Assembly: GCA_963675375.2 (NCBI GenBank)
Contig: OY776212.2
Coordinates: 3,152,567 to 3,216,566 of the forward strand
Direction of reading: 5' to 3'
Source: Anaerolineales bacterium
GTDB lineage: Bacteria > Chloroflexota > Anaerolineae > Anaerolineales > UBA11579
DNA: 64,000 nt
Of this stretch, positions 41,759-51,438 are shown piece after piece. Under the pieces are notes generated by a model. The model did not search any database. It was not told the origin of the DNA and saw only the letters and a list, made by a program, of their open reading frames with translations. Positions within the stretch are counted from its first letter, which is position 1; the number at the start of each line of letters is the position of its first letter. Both the position numbers and the translations under genes were made by a program.

Positions 41759-44700
41759 ATGTTCATTCACCTGACCACCCACTCCGCATACTCCTTGCAA
41801 GCCAGCCTGCTCAGCCCAGCAGAACTGGTGCATGCTGCTAAAGAACAAGGCATGAATGCCATTGCGCTTACCGACCGATATTTGCTTACTGGTGCAGTAG
41901 AATTCGTCCACGCCTGTAAAAAAGCCGGCATCCAGCCAATTCTTGGCCTAGAAATTGATCTGGAAGATCATCCGCTCACCCTCCTGGCAACCAGCATAGA
42001 AGGCTGGTCTAATCTATGTCGTCTCAGCAGCGCACTAGCCCTTCGGGCAGAGCCTCAATCGACTTGTACAGTTGATTTTATAGCTCCTTTTTCTGGCGAT
42101 CTAATTGCTATCGTCCCATGGTCTTCTCAAAACATTGCCCAGCTCAAACAAGTATTTTGCCGCTGCCTTTACCTTGCCTTGCAAGACCCTTCTGTCGGTC
42201 TTCCTGCTTCAAATCTGGCACGCAATCTAAATTTATCTCTTGTCGTCACTCACCCGGTACACTACCTTAAACCTGAACAAGCCAATTTACTTCAAACCCT
42301 GGCTGCCATCCGTCTCAACTGCACGATAGACCAACTCTTGCCCGGCGATTTTCCACCGCCAAATGCTTACTTCACCAGTCAAGGGGAAATGCTGGTGCGC
42401 TTTTCAGGGTTTCATGCTGCACTTGAAAAGACCCAAGAGATTGCAAAACGCTGCCAGTTTGATTTACCACTTGGTGTGCCAAATATGCCGGTCGTTCCCA
42501 TTCCCGATGGAATAACCCCAACCCAATTTCTACGCCAAAAAGCAGAAGAGGGGGCGCGCCGTATCTATGGGAAGATCAACTCAGAAATTCAAACCCGCCT
42601 GGACCATGAGCTTGAGATCATCGCCAAGTTAGGTTATGAGCCCATCTTTTTGATTGTAGAAGATGTACTCAATTTCGCCCGCCAGACCAATGTGCCATAT
42701 TCGTCACGCGGTTCGGCGGCTTCTTCACTCGTTGCCCACTGCCTCGGAATCACCAGCCCTGACCCACTCCGCCTCAACTTATATTTTGAACGCTTCCTGA
42801 ATCCTGCCCGCCAAACACCGCCCGATATTGACACAGACCTATGCTCTCGCCGCAGAGACAGCGTCATCCAACATGTATTTGATACCTACGGCGCAGACCG
42901 GGTGGCAATGGTCTCCACCATCAACCGGTTTCGCCCGCGTTCTGCATTAGGTGAAGTAGCCAAAGCATACGGTCTCACGCCCGTGGCAGTCCGAAAAATG
43001 GTAGAAAAGCTGCCGCATGCCTTTTGGATACGAAAAGTAGAAGGAGAATCGCCCACATCACCTTTTGCAGAGCTGCGCAAAAGTTACCCATCAGAGCAAC
43101 ACCAGCTCATCTTTGATGATGCCGAAGCTATCCTAAAACTACCCCGCCATCTTTCCGTCCATCCTGGCGGATTGATCGTTGCACCTGGCCCGGTAACCGA
43201 TCTCGTACCCGTAATGCGTTCAGGCAGTAAGGGCATGCTCATTACCCAATTAGACCTGGAATCTGTGGAGGCGATGGGGTTAGTAAAAATAGACTTGTTG
43301 GGTATCCGTGGCCTGACCGTACTGGGTGACATCGCCAAATATGTACAGGAAAGTCAACCAGATCAATACGCTAATTCGCTTTCAGTGTTGGCTGCTGCCC
43401 CCACCGAAGACACACCAACTGCCAACATGGTTGAACAGGGGCGAACCATCGGCTGTTTCCAGATTGAAAGCCCCGGTATGCGCACTACCTTACGTGAAAT
43501 CCACGCTCGCAGCGAAGATGACATCATGGCTGCCCTCGCTCTCTATCGCCCCGGCCCGCTGACAGGGGGTCTCAAAGACGCCTTCGTGAAACGCTTCAAA
43601 GGTGAGGAAGAAGTCACCCATATTCACCCCGCCCTGGCTCCTCTTTTAGAAGAAACCTACGGCGTGATTTTATATCAAGAGCAGGTACTGCGGATCGCCA
43701 GCACACTGGCTGGGTTCAGTCTGGCCGAAGCCGATCTGCTCCGGCGCGCAATGAGCCACTTTGATCCGGGCAAACGGATGAAAGACCTGCGCCAAAAATT
43801 CATTCACGAAGCAGAAACAAGGAGCGGTATCCCCCCTGAAACAGGAGAACAGGTGTGGGAAATGATGGCCGCCTTTGCCGGATACGGTTTCCCCAAAGCT
43901 CATGCCGCCTCCTATGCGCATGTTGCCTGGCAATCCGCATGGGCTAAAACCCATTTCCCTGCCGAATTTATGTCTGCTGTATTAGCAAATTGGGGTGGTT
44001 ACTACAGCCAGAGAGTGTACTTAAGTGAAGCCCGAAGAATGGGGCTTGCGATTCGCCCGCCCCATGTCAACCACTCTGAGCATCATTTTTCCGTAAGCGA
44101 GGTCTCAGGAGAGAAAACGCTGTTTATGGGATTAGAACAAGTCAAAAATCTATCCCGTAAAACCATCGCCCGCATCATCCGTTTACGCCCTTTCCCCACG
44201 CTCGAAGATTTTCTTTGCCGGGTTGACCCCCGCCCACGGGAAGCAAAGAACCTGGCTAGTGTCGGCGCTTTTGATAATTTAGGATACATCCCTGCCATCA
44301 TGCAGCGCCTCAAAAGCGGCTGGCAGGTCGGGCAGCCCGGATTATTTGGCGGAGAAGTATTTGACGGAGAAGACTGGGGACTAGAGCAAAAAATGGCTGC
44401 CCAAAATGACCTGCTCGGTGTCAGCCTGGAAGCACACCCATTAGAACTGCTAGCCGACCAGATCACCCATATTGGAGCAATCTCCACAGAAGAAGCAGCC
44501 AGCCGGGTCGGTCGTTTGGTGCATGTTGCAGGGGTACGTCAAACCTCTCGGCGCAGCAGGACATCCAAAGGGGATACCATGCTGTTCCTCACCCTGGAAG
44601 ACCTCTCCGGGGTGCTGGAGGTGATCGTCTTTCCGGATATCTACCGCCGGGCGAAACAAATTCTAAGGTCCAATGCACCCATGGTCATCACCGGTCGGAT

Positions 44701-44761
44701 AGAAATGAGCGAGGACCACGAACCATTTTTGAAAGCTGAAAAAGTCGAGCTGCTTTCATAA
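41759..44761 (+). CDS. dnaE: DNA polymerase III alpha-subunit family protein, short form (PHP, polymerase core, HhH and OB domains; no C-terminal extension)
   Basis: 1000 aa. PHP HLTTHSAYS, PPDIDTDL catalytic region, HPGGLIVAP, FQIESPGM, ALYRPGP, YGFPKAHAASYA, QPGLF (clamp-binding-like), and a terminal OB fold. Confidence 0.8.
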   Translation: MFIHLTTHSAYSLQASLLSPAELVHAAKEQGMNAIALTDRYLLTGAVEFVHACKKAGIQPILGLEIDLEDHPLTLLATSIEGWSNLCRLSSALALRAEPQSTCTVDFIAPFSGDLIAIVPWSSQNIAQLKQVFCRCLYLALQDPSVGLPASNLARNLNLSLVVTHPVHYLKPEQANLLQTLAAIRLNCTIDQLLPGDFPPPNAYFTSQGEMLVRFSGFHAALEKTQEIAKRCQFDLPLGVPNMPVVPIPDGITPTQFLRQKAEEGARRIYGKINSEIQTRLDHELEIIAKLGYEPIFLIVEDVLNFARQTNVPYSSRGSAASSLVAHCLGITSPDPLRLNLYFERFLNPARQTPPDIDTDLCSRRRDSVIQHVFDTYGADRVAMVSTINRFRPRSALGEVAKAYGLTPVAVRKMVEKLPHAFWIRKVEGESPTSPFAELRKSYPSEQHQLIFDDAEAILKLPRHLSVHPGGLIVAPGPVTDLVPVMRSGSKGMLITQLDLESVEAMGLVKIDLLGIRGLTVLGDIAKYVQESQPDQYANSLSVLAAAPTEDTPTANMVEQGRTIGCFQIESPGMRTTLREIHARSEDDIMAALALYRPGPLTGGLKDAFVKRFKGEEEVTHIHPALAPLLEETYGVILYQEQVLRIASTLAGFSLAEADLLRRAMSHFDPGKRMKDLRQKFIHEAETRSGIPPETGEQVWEMMAAFAGYGFPKAHAASYAHVAWQSAWAKTHFPAEFMSAVLANWGGYYSQRVYLSEARRMGLAIRPPHVNHSEHHFSVSEVSGEKTLFMGLEQVKNLSRKTIARIIRLRPFPTLEDFLCRVDPRPREAKNLASVGAFDNLGYIPAIMQRLKSGWQVGQPGLFGGEVFDGEDWGLEQKMAAQNDLLGVSLEAHPLELLADQITHIGAISTEEAASRVGRLVHVAGVRQTSRRSRTSKGDTMLFLTLEDLSGVLEVIVFPDIYRRAKQILRSNAPMVITGRIEMSEDHEPFLKAEKVELLS

Positions 44762-44795
44762 AGCTAAGGTTTTTCCCAGTTTATGCTACATCCTA

Positions 44796-46397
44796 TCAGC
44801 CATGAACCATATTTAACGCCAACGCCTCGGCGGCTTTGACCCCATCCACCGCTGAGGAGAGGATACCGCCCGCATACCCCGATCCTTCGCCTGATGGGTA
44901 CAATCCCTTAATCCGAACGCTTTGATAATCATCCCCGCGCACGATCCAGATCGGTGAAGAGGTGCGTGTTTCAACCCCGGTCAAAACAGCATCTGCCATT
45001 GTAAAACCTTTGATTTTCTTCTCAAATTCCGGCAAAGCTTCTCGAATGGATGCGATAATATAGTCTGGCAAACTCGTACTCAAATCCCCTAAATGAATCC
45101 CCGGTTTATACGAAGGCTGCACAGAACCTAATCCCGTTGAGGGCCGTCCAGCCAGGAAATCGCCCACCAACTGCCCTGGCGCTTCATAAGTGCTTCCCCC
45201 CAATTCATAGGCACGCTGTTCCCACTTACGCTGGAAATCAATCCCTGCCAAAACATGTCCCGGAAAATCATCTGGAAATACTTCCACCACAATGGCGCTG
45301 TTGGCGTTGCCCGCATTCCGTGAATATTGGCTCATCCCATTGGTCACCACAGTATGGTATTCAGATGCAGCCGCCAGCACTGTGCCGCCGGGACACATGC
45401 AAAAACTGTACACCGAACGACCATTACTGCCGTGGTGAACCAGTTTATAGTCCGCTGCACCCAAAACAGGGTTACCCGCATTCTTTCCCAATCGAGCGGC
45501 ATCAATCACCGGCTGCGGGTGTTCGATTCGCAGCCCCATCGAAAAAGGTTTCGGTCTGATCTCCACGCCGTGTTGAACGAGCATCTGAAAAGTATCGCGA
45601 GCGCTGTGACCAATTGCCAGGATCACATGATCGCTGAACAGTTTCTGCCCATCCGCTAACACCACGCCCCGCAGTTGGTCCTCTTCAACCATCAAATCTT
45701 TTACCTGACTCTCAAAAAGAAACTCCCCGCCCAACTCAACAATCACATTGCGCAGTTTTTCTACGATCTTGACCAATCGCAGCGTGCCGATATGTGGTTT
45801 GCTGATATAGAGGATTTCTTCTGGCGCGCCTGCATTGACAAATTCCTGAAGCACTTTTCGATCACGATGATTTTTATCTTTTGTCTGCGTATGCAGCTTG
45901 CCATCAGAGAAAGTGCCTGCCCCGCCTTCCCCAAACTGGACGTTTGAATCTGGGTTTAATTCTCCTTTGCGCCAAAATGCAAACGTATCTACCGTGCGTT
46001 CGCGCACAAGTTTTCCCCGTTCGATCAAGATCGGATTGAAACCCATCTGTGCCAACACCAACCCGGCAAATAAACCGTTTGGGCCGGTGCCAATCACTAG
46101 CGGACGCTGACGTAAATTTTCGGGTGCCTTAGTTACAAATTTATAGCTTAGATCGGGAGAAACACGGATCGTTTTATCTTTGCGCTTTCGCTCCAAAATT
46201 TTCTTCTCTTGCGCCACTTCAACATCTACAGAGTAAATTAATTTAATTGCATTTTTATTGCGGGCATCATAGCTGCGTTTGAAGATGCGGTAGGAAATCA
46301 CCTCTTCCGGCTGGATTCCAAGTTTTTTTAGGATTGCTGTTTCCAATTCATCGGGAGTGTGATCGAGGGGTAATTTTATATCTGTAAGTCGAAGCAT
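44796..46397 (-). CDS. FAD-dependent dehydrogenase of the uncharacterised COG2509 type
   Basis: 533 aa. N-terminal ferredoxin-like segment (SYRIFKRSYDAR), dinucleotide motif VIGTGPNGLFAGLVLA, C-terminal GLYPSGEGSGYAGGI. Confidence 0.65.
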   Translation of the reverse strand: MLRLTDIKLPLDHTPDELETAILKKLGIQPEEVISYRIFKRSYDARNKNAIKLIYSVDVEVAQEKKILERKRKDKTIRVSPDLSYKFVTKAPENLRQRPLVIGTGPNGLFAGLVLAQMGFNPILIERGKLVRERTVDTFAFWRKGELNPDSNVQFGEGGAGTFSDGKLHTQTKDKNHRDRKVLQEFVNAGAPEEILYISKPHIGTLRLVKIVEKLRNVIVELGGEFLFESQVKDLMVEEDQLRGVVLADGQKLFSDHVILAIGHSARDTFQMLVQHGVEIRPKPFSMGLRIEHPQPVIDAARLGKNAGNPVLGAADYKLVHHGSNGRSVYSFCMCPGGTVLAAASEYHTVVTNGMSQYSRNAGNANSAIVVEVFPDDFPGHVLAGIDFQRKWEQRAYELGGSTYEAPGQLVGDFLAGRPSTGLGSVQPSYKPGIHLGDLSTSLPDYIIASIREALPEFEKKIKGFTMADAVLTGVETRTSSPIWIVRGDDYQSVRIKGLYPSGEGSGYAGGILSSAVDGVKAAEALALNMVHG

Positions 46398-46573
46398 GGT
46401 GATCCTATCAAAATATTATTTTCTAAGAAAATTGCGGCCAATCATTCTTTGCTGCACATAAATTATCAGAATACAAAGATACCAGAGTTATACACGAATG
46501 AACATGACCAAAATCATATTCGCCGCAGTCAAAGAGTTTTTTACACGTTCCTCTGCGCATTCAAACGCGTTTG

Positions 46574-46620
46574 TTGACTTTCCTTGTTTTAAATGTTATA
46601 ACAAATTTGTTATAACATTT
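46574..46620 (+). promoter_or_regulatory. Sigma-70-type promoter (TTGACT-17-TATAAC) overlapped by a 26-30 bp perfect palindromic operator
   Basis: AAATGTTATAACAAATTTGTTATAACATTT (46591-46620) is a perfect palindrome. The -10-like TATAAC (46597-46602) lies inside its left arm, and TTGACT is at 46574-46579. Confidence 0.65.
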
Positions 46621-46666
46621 CCAATTCTCAATTCCCTACCTTCAACCACACACATAGGCTAACCTC

Positions 46667-47866
46667 TTGTCCGATTCGAAAACACTCCCCTCTCTTCCTC
46701 CTACAAATATCCCACCGGGCAAACAACGCATCCCGGTGATCCGAAGTATTTACTTTTTTTATTTTGCAGCCTTTGGTATTACAACCACTTTCCTCAATAT
46801 TTACTACAACGATATCGGCCTGACCGGCGTGCAAATTGGCGTGATCTCCTCGGTACTACCGCTTATCTCCATCATCGCTGCTCCCTTATGGGGCGTATTG
46901 AGTGACCGCCTGGGCAGAAACCGCACATTATTGGGAATTGCCAGCGTCGGAATCATTCTCTCAATGAGCGGTATCTGGCTCATGCACACATTTTTTCTGA
47001 TTATTATATTTACCGGCTTATACGCCTTCTTCGACAGTTCCGTACTCACCATCATCGACAGCACCGCCCTCCGTTCTCTCGGTCAAAACCGCGATCGTTT
47101 CGGACGCGAGCGGGTATGGGGTTCGGTTGGATTTATCATTGCCGCCTGGGGCGTAGGCTATATTTTAGAGCGTTTTGGGGTCGAATGGTTTTTCCTATTC
47201 TTCATCCTCATGATTGTCGGCGTATTGGTCGCCCTCTATTGGCTGCCAGACCAAAAAACGGAATTACAAGCCTTCAACATCGGCGAAATCAAGAAGTTCA
47301 TCACCCAAAAGCAGTGGCTCATCTTTTCCGCCAGCCTGCTTATGATCGGTTTGGGCAGCTTTGCCATCAACGGCTTCCTGGGGATTTACATTACCGACCT
47401 CGGGGGAAGTGAAGGTCTGGTGGGAATGGCAGCTGCATTTGCCACCATCACAGAACTGCCCATCCTCTTCTGGGGAGATAAAATTCTCAAACGATTTAAA
47501 CCTCGCCAGCTGCTCATGGTTGCCTTTGGTGCCACCGGCCTCCGATTGCTTTTATACAGCATCATGCCAGATGCCAGTTGGGTGCTTCCCATCAGTCTCA
47601 CCCACAGCCTTACCTTTGGGGTCTACTGGATCGCGACCATCGCTTATGTCGATCAACTGTCAGCGGACGAGATCAAATCTTCAGCCCAGGGGATTCTATA
47701 TGCTGTGCTGAATGTCTCCCGCATGATTTCTGCAATCATCTGCGGTTATTTTTACGACCTTGTTGGCGGCAGCCAACTCTTTCTCATCTCTGCGGTTTTC
47801 TCCCTTGCCGCTATCTTTTTGCTTTCTTTGAACCGCCCAAAGGCACCCACCAAACTTTTAGAATAA
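46667..47866 (+). CDS. MFS transporter (MFS_1-like/nucleoside-H+ symporter-like)
   Basis: 399 aa, 12 predicted helices, GVLSDRLGRNR loop motif between TM2 and TM3. TTG start taken from the track; the start is uncertain. Confidence 0.65.
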   Translation: MSDSKTLPSLPPTNIPPGKQRIPVIRSIYFFYFAAFGITTTFLNIYYNDIGLTGVQIGVISSVLPLISIIAAPLWGVLSDRLGRNRTLLGIASVGIILSMSGIWLMHTFFLIIIFTGLYAFFDSSVLTIIDSTALRSLGQNRDRFGRERVWGSVGFIIAAWGVGYILERFGVEWFFLFFILMIVGVLVALYWLPDQKTELQAFNIGEIKKFITQKQWLIFSASLLMIGLGSFAINGFLGIYITDLGGSEGLVGMAAAFATITELPILFWGDKILKRFKPRQLLMVAFGATGLRLLLYSIMPDASWVLPISLTHSLTFGVYWIATIAYVDQLSADEIKSSAQGILYAVLNVSRMISAIICGYFYDLVGGSQLFLISAVFSLAAIFLLSLNRPKAPTKLLE

Positions 47867-47899
47867 TTTCCCAATATTGGTGAAAGGACACTGTCCCCA

Positions 47900-48913
47900 A
47901 TGAATTTTAGCCCTCAACTCACCCCTGGCCTGGCAATTTTTATGGTCTTCCTCGCTGCATCAATGTGGGGAAGCTGGTTCATCTCGCTAAAATATCTCAA
48001 AGACTACCCCATTGATGGTTTCTACATCACCTTGTTCACCACCTCCATCCTGTTTGTCTGGTCAGTTGGCTTTCTCCTGGATAAAGGCGCTCTGCTGCAA
48101 AATATGCGCGATGTATTTGCCGTGGATCCCAGCCGTATCTATGTCACCCTGGTTTGCGGCAGTTTATACGTGATTGGCATGCGCGTCACCCTACATGTCT
48201 TTTCCACCATCGGACTGGCCCTCGCCATGCCGATCAAATCTTCGATCAGCATCCTGGTGAGCACCATGGTAGCCGCAGTCGTTGGGGGTGTCCCCGAAGG
48301 ATATTCACTCACTACCATCTTTGGGGCTTGCTTCATCTTGGTAGCAGCTGTCTTGCTCTCCATGCGCTCTGCCAGGCTGCGAATTGCCGCCCAGGAAACA
48401 GCCAAAGAAAAAAACGACCTCCAATTTTCAATGGAAGACATGCGCAAGTCGATCATCCTGATCTTGCTGACCACGGTCATCAGTCCAGCTTATACATTTG
48501 GTTTATCGTATGGGCTTAAATCAATCACCCAACCCAATGGTCTCGCCGTTCTCCCCTATATGGCCTTGCTTTCCACAGGCGCTTTCATCGGCTCTCTGCT
48601 TGCCAGCGGCAGCATCCTCACAATCAAAAAGCAGTGGCGCGTGGTCTTTTCTGCCCCTTTCTCCATCCACAAATTTGGCATCATCTCCGGTCTGTTCCAC
48701 TACGGCGGAAACATCATCCATACATTCGCCAGTGCGTTCCTCAGCACGGTGATCGCCTTCCCCTTAGGGCTCTCCTCTAATTTGATTACCCAGCTTTGGG
48801 GGATCGTATACGGCGAATTCAAAGGGTCGCCCCGCCAGGCATATTACTACCTCGGTGGCTCATTGGCTCTCTACGTTCTTGGCGCTTACATTATCGCCCA
48901 AATGAATTTCTAA
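47900..48913 (+). CDS. RhaT/GRP-family-like sugar transporter (10 TM, DMT superfamily)
   Basis: 337 aa polytopic protein. Paralogue of the partial gene at 63518. Confidence 0.5.
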   Translation: MNFSPQLTPGLAIFMVFLAASMWGSWFISLKYLKDYPIDGFYITLFTTSILFVWSVGFLLDKGALLQNMRDVFAVDPSRIYVTLVCGSLYVIGMRVTLHVFSTIGLALAMPIKSSISILVSTMVAAVVGGVPEGYSLTTIFGACFILVAAVLLSMRSARLRIAAQETAKEKNDLQFSMEDMRKSIILILLTTVISPAYTFGLSYGLKSITQPNGLAVLPYMALLSTGAFIGSLLASGSILTIKKQWRVVFSAPFSIHKFGIISGLFHYGGNIIHTFASAFLSTVIAFPLGLSSNLITQLWGIVYGEFKGSPRQAYYYLGGSLALYVLGAYIIAQMNF

Positions 48914-48933
48914 CTCAGGTTCAATTCAAAAGT

Positions 48934-48991
48934 TTGACAATCATTTCAAAAAATGTTATAACAAATTTGTTATAACAATAATGTCATAACA
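48934..48991 (+). promoter_or_regulatory. Second promoter (TTGACA-17-TATAAC) with the same palindromic operator plus an extra half-site
   Basis: AAATGTTATAACAAATTTGTTATAACA at 48951-48977 is identical to the copy at 46591. ATGTCATAACA (48981-48991) is a one-mismatch half-site. Geometry relative to the -35/-10 elements is the same as at 46574. Confidence 0.65.
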
Positions 48992-49030
48992 ACTCAATAT
49001 TTAGCTTTCAATCTATGAAAGGAGCAGAAA

Positions 49031-49825
49031 TTGAATCTAGACCGAAATAAATCCATGCCGTTATACGAACAGTTACGGTTGGTTCTTCAGGACAAGATAC
49101 TGCTCGGGGACTACCCTGTTGGCACCTTATTGCCCACTGAAAAAGAATTGTGCGAAGAATTTCATATCAGCCGCATCACTGCCCGAAAAGCACTCGAAGA
49201 ATTAGCCCGCACCGGGCTCATTGAACGCGTGCAAGGTAAGGGCACCCTGGTTGCAGACCGTAAACACACACAAAATTTCAATCAAATCAAAGGCCACAAA
49301 CGTACCATGGAAGAATTGGGGTATCGTGGTGGAGGAATCATCTTATCGAAGAAATTGATTCCCCCCAACCCCAACCTGTTGCGCCTGTTTGGCTTTCCCG
49401 AAGATTCAAAACAAAAATTCTGGCACTTCCGTCGGCTGCGCTATCAAAATGACGACCCTGTAGTGATTATGAATAGTTTTGTGCGCGAAGAAATTGGCGA
49501 CAAAATGCTCACCTACGAATTAAAAGACGCTTCTTTTTACAATTTGTTCGAAAAGATCACCGGGCGTTACGTAGTTGATACAAAAGCCCTCATTTCTGCT
49601 ACAGTAGCCAGCCCTGAAGTTGCCTCTTTGCTGAACACCCAAGTGGGTGCAGCTCTGATCTGGTACCGTTCTCTCAGCTATATTGAGGGCGGGATTCCCA
49701 TTGAAGTCAATTATTCCCTGTTTCTTGGAGACAGATTCCACTTTGAAACCAAATTCTACCGGGCGAACACCATCGAAGACGTCGAGCAAGAATTTCTTGA
49801 GCAATTCGCTAATCCGGAAATCTAA
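49031..49825 (+). CDS. GntR-family transcriptional regulator, HutC/FrlR-like subfamily (winged HTH plus UTRA domain)
   Basis: 264 aa. LPTEKELCEEFHISRITARKALEELARTGLIERVQGKGTLV. TTG start 6 nt after AAAGGAG. Confidence 0.8.
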   Translation: MNLDRNKSMPLYEQLRLVLQDKILLGDYPVGTLLPTEKELCEEFHISRITARKALEELARTGLIERVQGKGTLVADRKHTQNFNQIKGHKRTMEELGYRGGGIILSKKLIPPNPNLLRLFGFPEDSKQKFWHFRRLRYQNDDPVVIMNSFVREEIGDKMLTYELKDASFYNLFEKITGRYVVDTKALISATVASPEVASLLNTQVGAALIWYRSLSYIEGGIPIEVNYSLFLGDRFHFETKFYRANTIEDVEQEFLEQFANPEI

Positions 49826-49895
49826 AGAAAAGGAGGTGTTTTTAACCAATAACAAACAATAAAGCAAACAGTCCAAGTTCACTATTCTTAGGAGA

Positions 49896-51299
49896 ATGAA
49901 GATGACGATTAAAAAGAAATTCGCATTGTTCATCAGCTTGTTGCTTGTACTTAGTATGGTGTTAGGCGCTTGTGGGTCCAACACCGAGCCAAACAATGCA
50001 AATACCGGGAATATGGGGGACAATACAGGGGATGATATGGGGGAAGATACAGGTACTGGAGAGATGGAGCCAGTAGTTCTTCGTTTTTTGAAAATTGCAG
50101 ATGAGTTGGAAGCGCAGGCTTTTGCCGAAATGGTAGAAGCTTTCCAACAAAGTGAAGGCGGAAAATGGTCTTACGTATCCATTGAATACGATGCCAAACC
50201 ATTTGCCGAACTTTTCCCTGCCATTGAAAAAGCAGTCGCCACCGATTCAACCATCGACCTGATCCAGGCAGACGGCCCCGACGTAAAGCACTTTGCATAC
50301 AACGGCGTTCTCATGGATCTCACCGATCACTTCACGGATGAAGAGATGGCACAATGGGCTCCTCAGTCCATCATGGAAGGCTCAATGAATGACAAGTTTT
50401 ACGGTCCGCCCGAAGTGCAGTCCTGCCAGCTGATGTGGTTCAACCAGGATATGCTGGATGCTGCCGGTATTGATTATTCCGATACCGCAGGCTGGACATA
50501 TGGCACTGATGGCACCGGCTTAGCCAACTGGCAAAAGTTGACCGTTGATGACGATGGTGATGGCACCCCCGAAGTCTTTGGCCTTGCTGCCAACGGCCCG
50601 TGGGACTACTACTATCACATTCCCTCTCGTTCCAATGGTGAACCCGGCTCCGCGACGTATGAAGGCGTAGGTGATGATGGTATTACCTTCGTCGGATACT
50701 TCGACTCCCCCGAAGCCGTAGAAGCCTACCAGTTCATGCAAGACCTGGTTTACGAATACAACGTAATGTCTGCTGAATACCTCACCAACCAGATGCTTTC
50801 CGGTCTGGCTGCAACAGATATCAGCCAAGACATGACCATTGGTACCCAGCGTGACCAGTTCCCAGATTTCAATCTGGGTGGGATTGAACCCCCTTACTTT
50901 GTGACCCCGCTTTGCCAGACTGGTTCCTGGCACTATGGAATTGCAGCCAACACCGAACACTTTGAAGAAGCATTAGCTTTCGTCAAATTTGCCTCCAGCG
51001 ATGAAGGTGCCCAATTCATTTGGAAGTACAAGAACCAACTCCCCGCCAATGTTAATCTGTACAACAGCATTGATGAATTCACCGATCCGGAGAACCCCCG
51101 CAGCCTGATGGCGGAATTCTTCCTGGAATACGGTGCCCCCCGCATCGAAACCCCTGCTTATACAGAATATAACAGCCTGTTCACAGAATTCTGGACCAGC
51201 TTAATGGCTGGCGAAGAAGACGTTCAAGGCTTAGCCACTGAGTACGCAGAACTCATGCAAGAAGCCGCAGCCAAATACGCAGGTTGGCAAGACCAGTAA
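49896..51299 (+). CDS. ABC transporter extracellular solute-binding lipoprotein (carbohydrate family 1 type)
   Basis: 467 aa. Lipobox LGACGS followed by a Gly/Asp/Thr/Met-rich linker. Confidence 0.75.
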   Translation: MKMTIKKKFALFISLLLVLSMVLGACGSNTEPNNANTGNMGDNTGDDMGEDTGTGEMEPVVLRFLKIADELEAQAFAEMVEAFQQSEGGKWSYVSIEYDAKPFAELFPAIEKAVATDSTIDLIQADGPDVKHFAYNGVLMDLTDHFTDEEMAQWAPQSIMEGSMNDKFYGPPEVQSCQLMWFNQDMLDAAGIDYSDTAGWTYGTDGTGLANWQKLTVDDDGDGTPEVFGLAANGPWDYYYHIPSRSNGEPGSATYEGVGDDGITFVGYFDSPEAVEAYQFMQDLVYEYNVMSAEYLTNQMLSGLAATDISQDMTIGTQRDQFPDFNLGGIEPPYFVTPLCQTGSWHYGIAANTEHFEEALAFVKFASSDEGAQFIWKYKNQLPANVNLYNSIDEFTDPENPRSLMAEFFLEYGAPRIETPAYTEYNSLFTEFWTSLMAGEEDVQGLATEYAELMQEAAAKYAGWQDQ

Positions 51300-51315
51300 A
51301 AAAACAAATGCAAAC

Positions 51316-51354
51316 CCCATGGGCATGGGAAGTTCCATGCCCATGGGATTTTTA
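51316..51354 (+). terminator. Intrinsic terminator/attenuator after the binding-protein gene
   Basis: CCCATGGGCATGG - GAAGTT - CCATGCCCATGGG followed by ATTTTTAT. Confidence 0.7.
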
Positions 51355-51438
51355 TAACCGAACAGAGTCCGGTTTTATCAAATTGATGGCATTAATAATA
51401 AAGTCAATTTGATTCAGTCCCCATTGAAGGAGCTGGTA

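Noticed and set aside
49520-50298. 167-aa and 115-aa minus-strand ORFs across the GntR/SBP junction
   Set aside because: They are antisense to two confidently called genes and span their intergenic region. They show no motifs.
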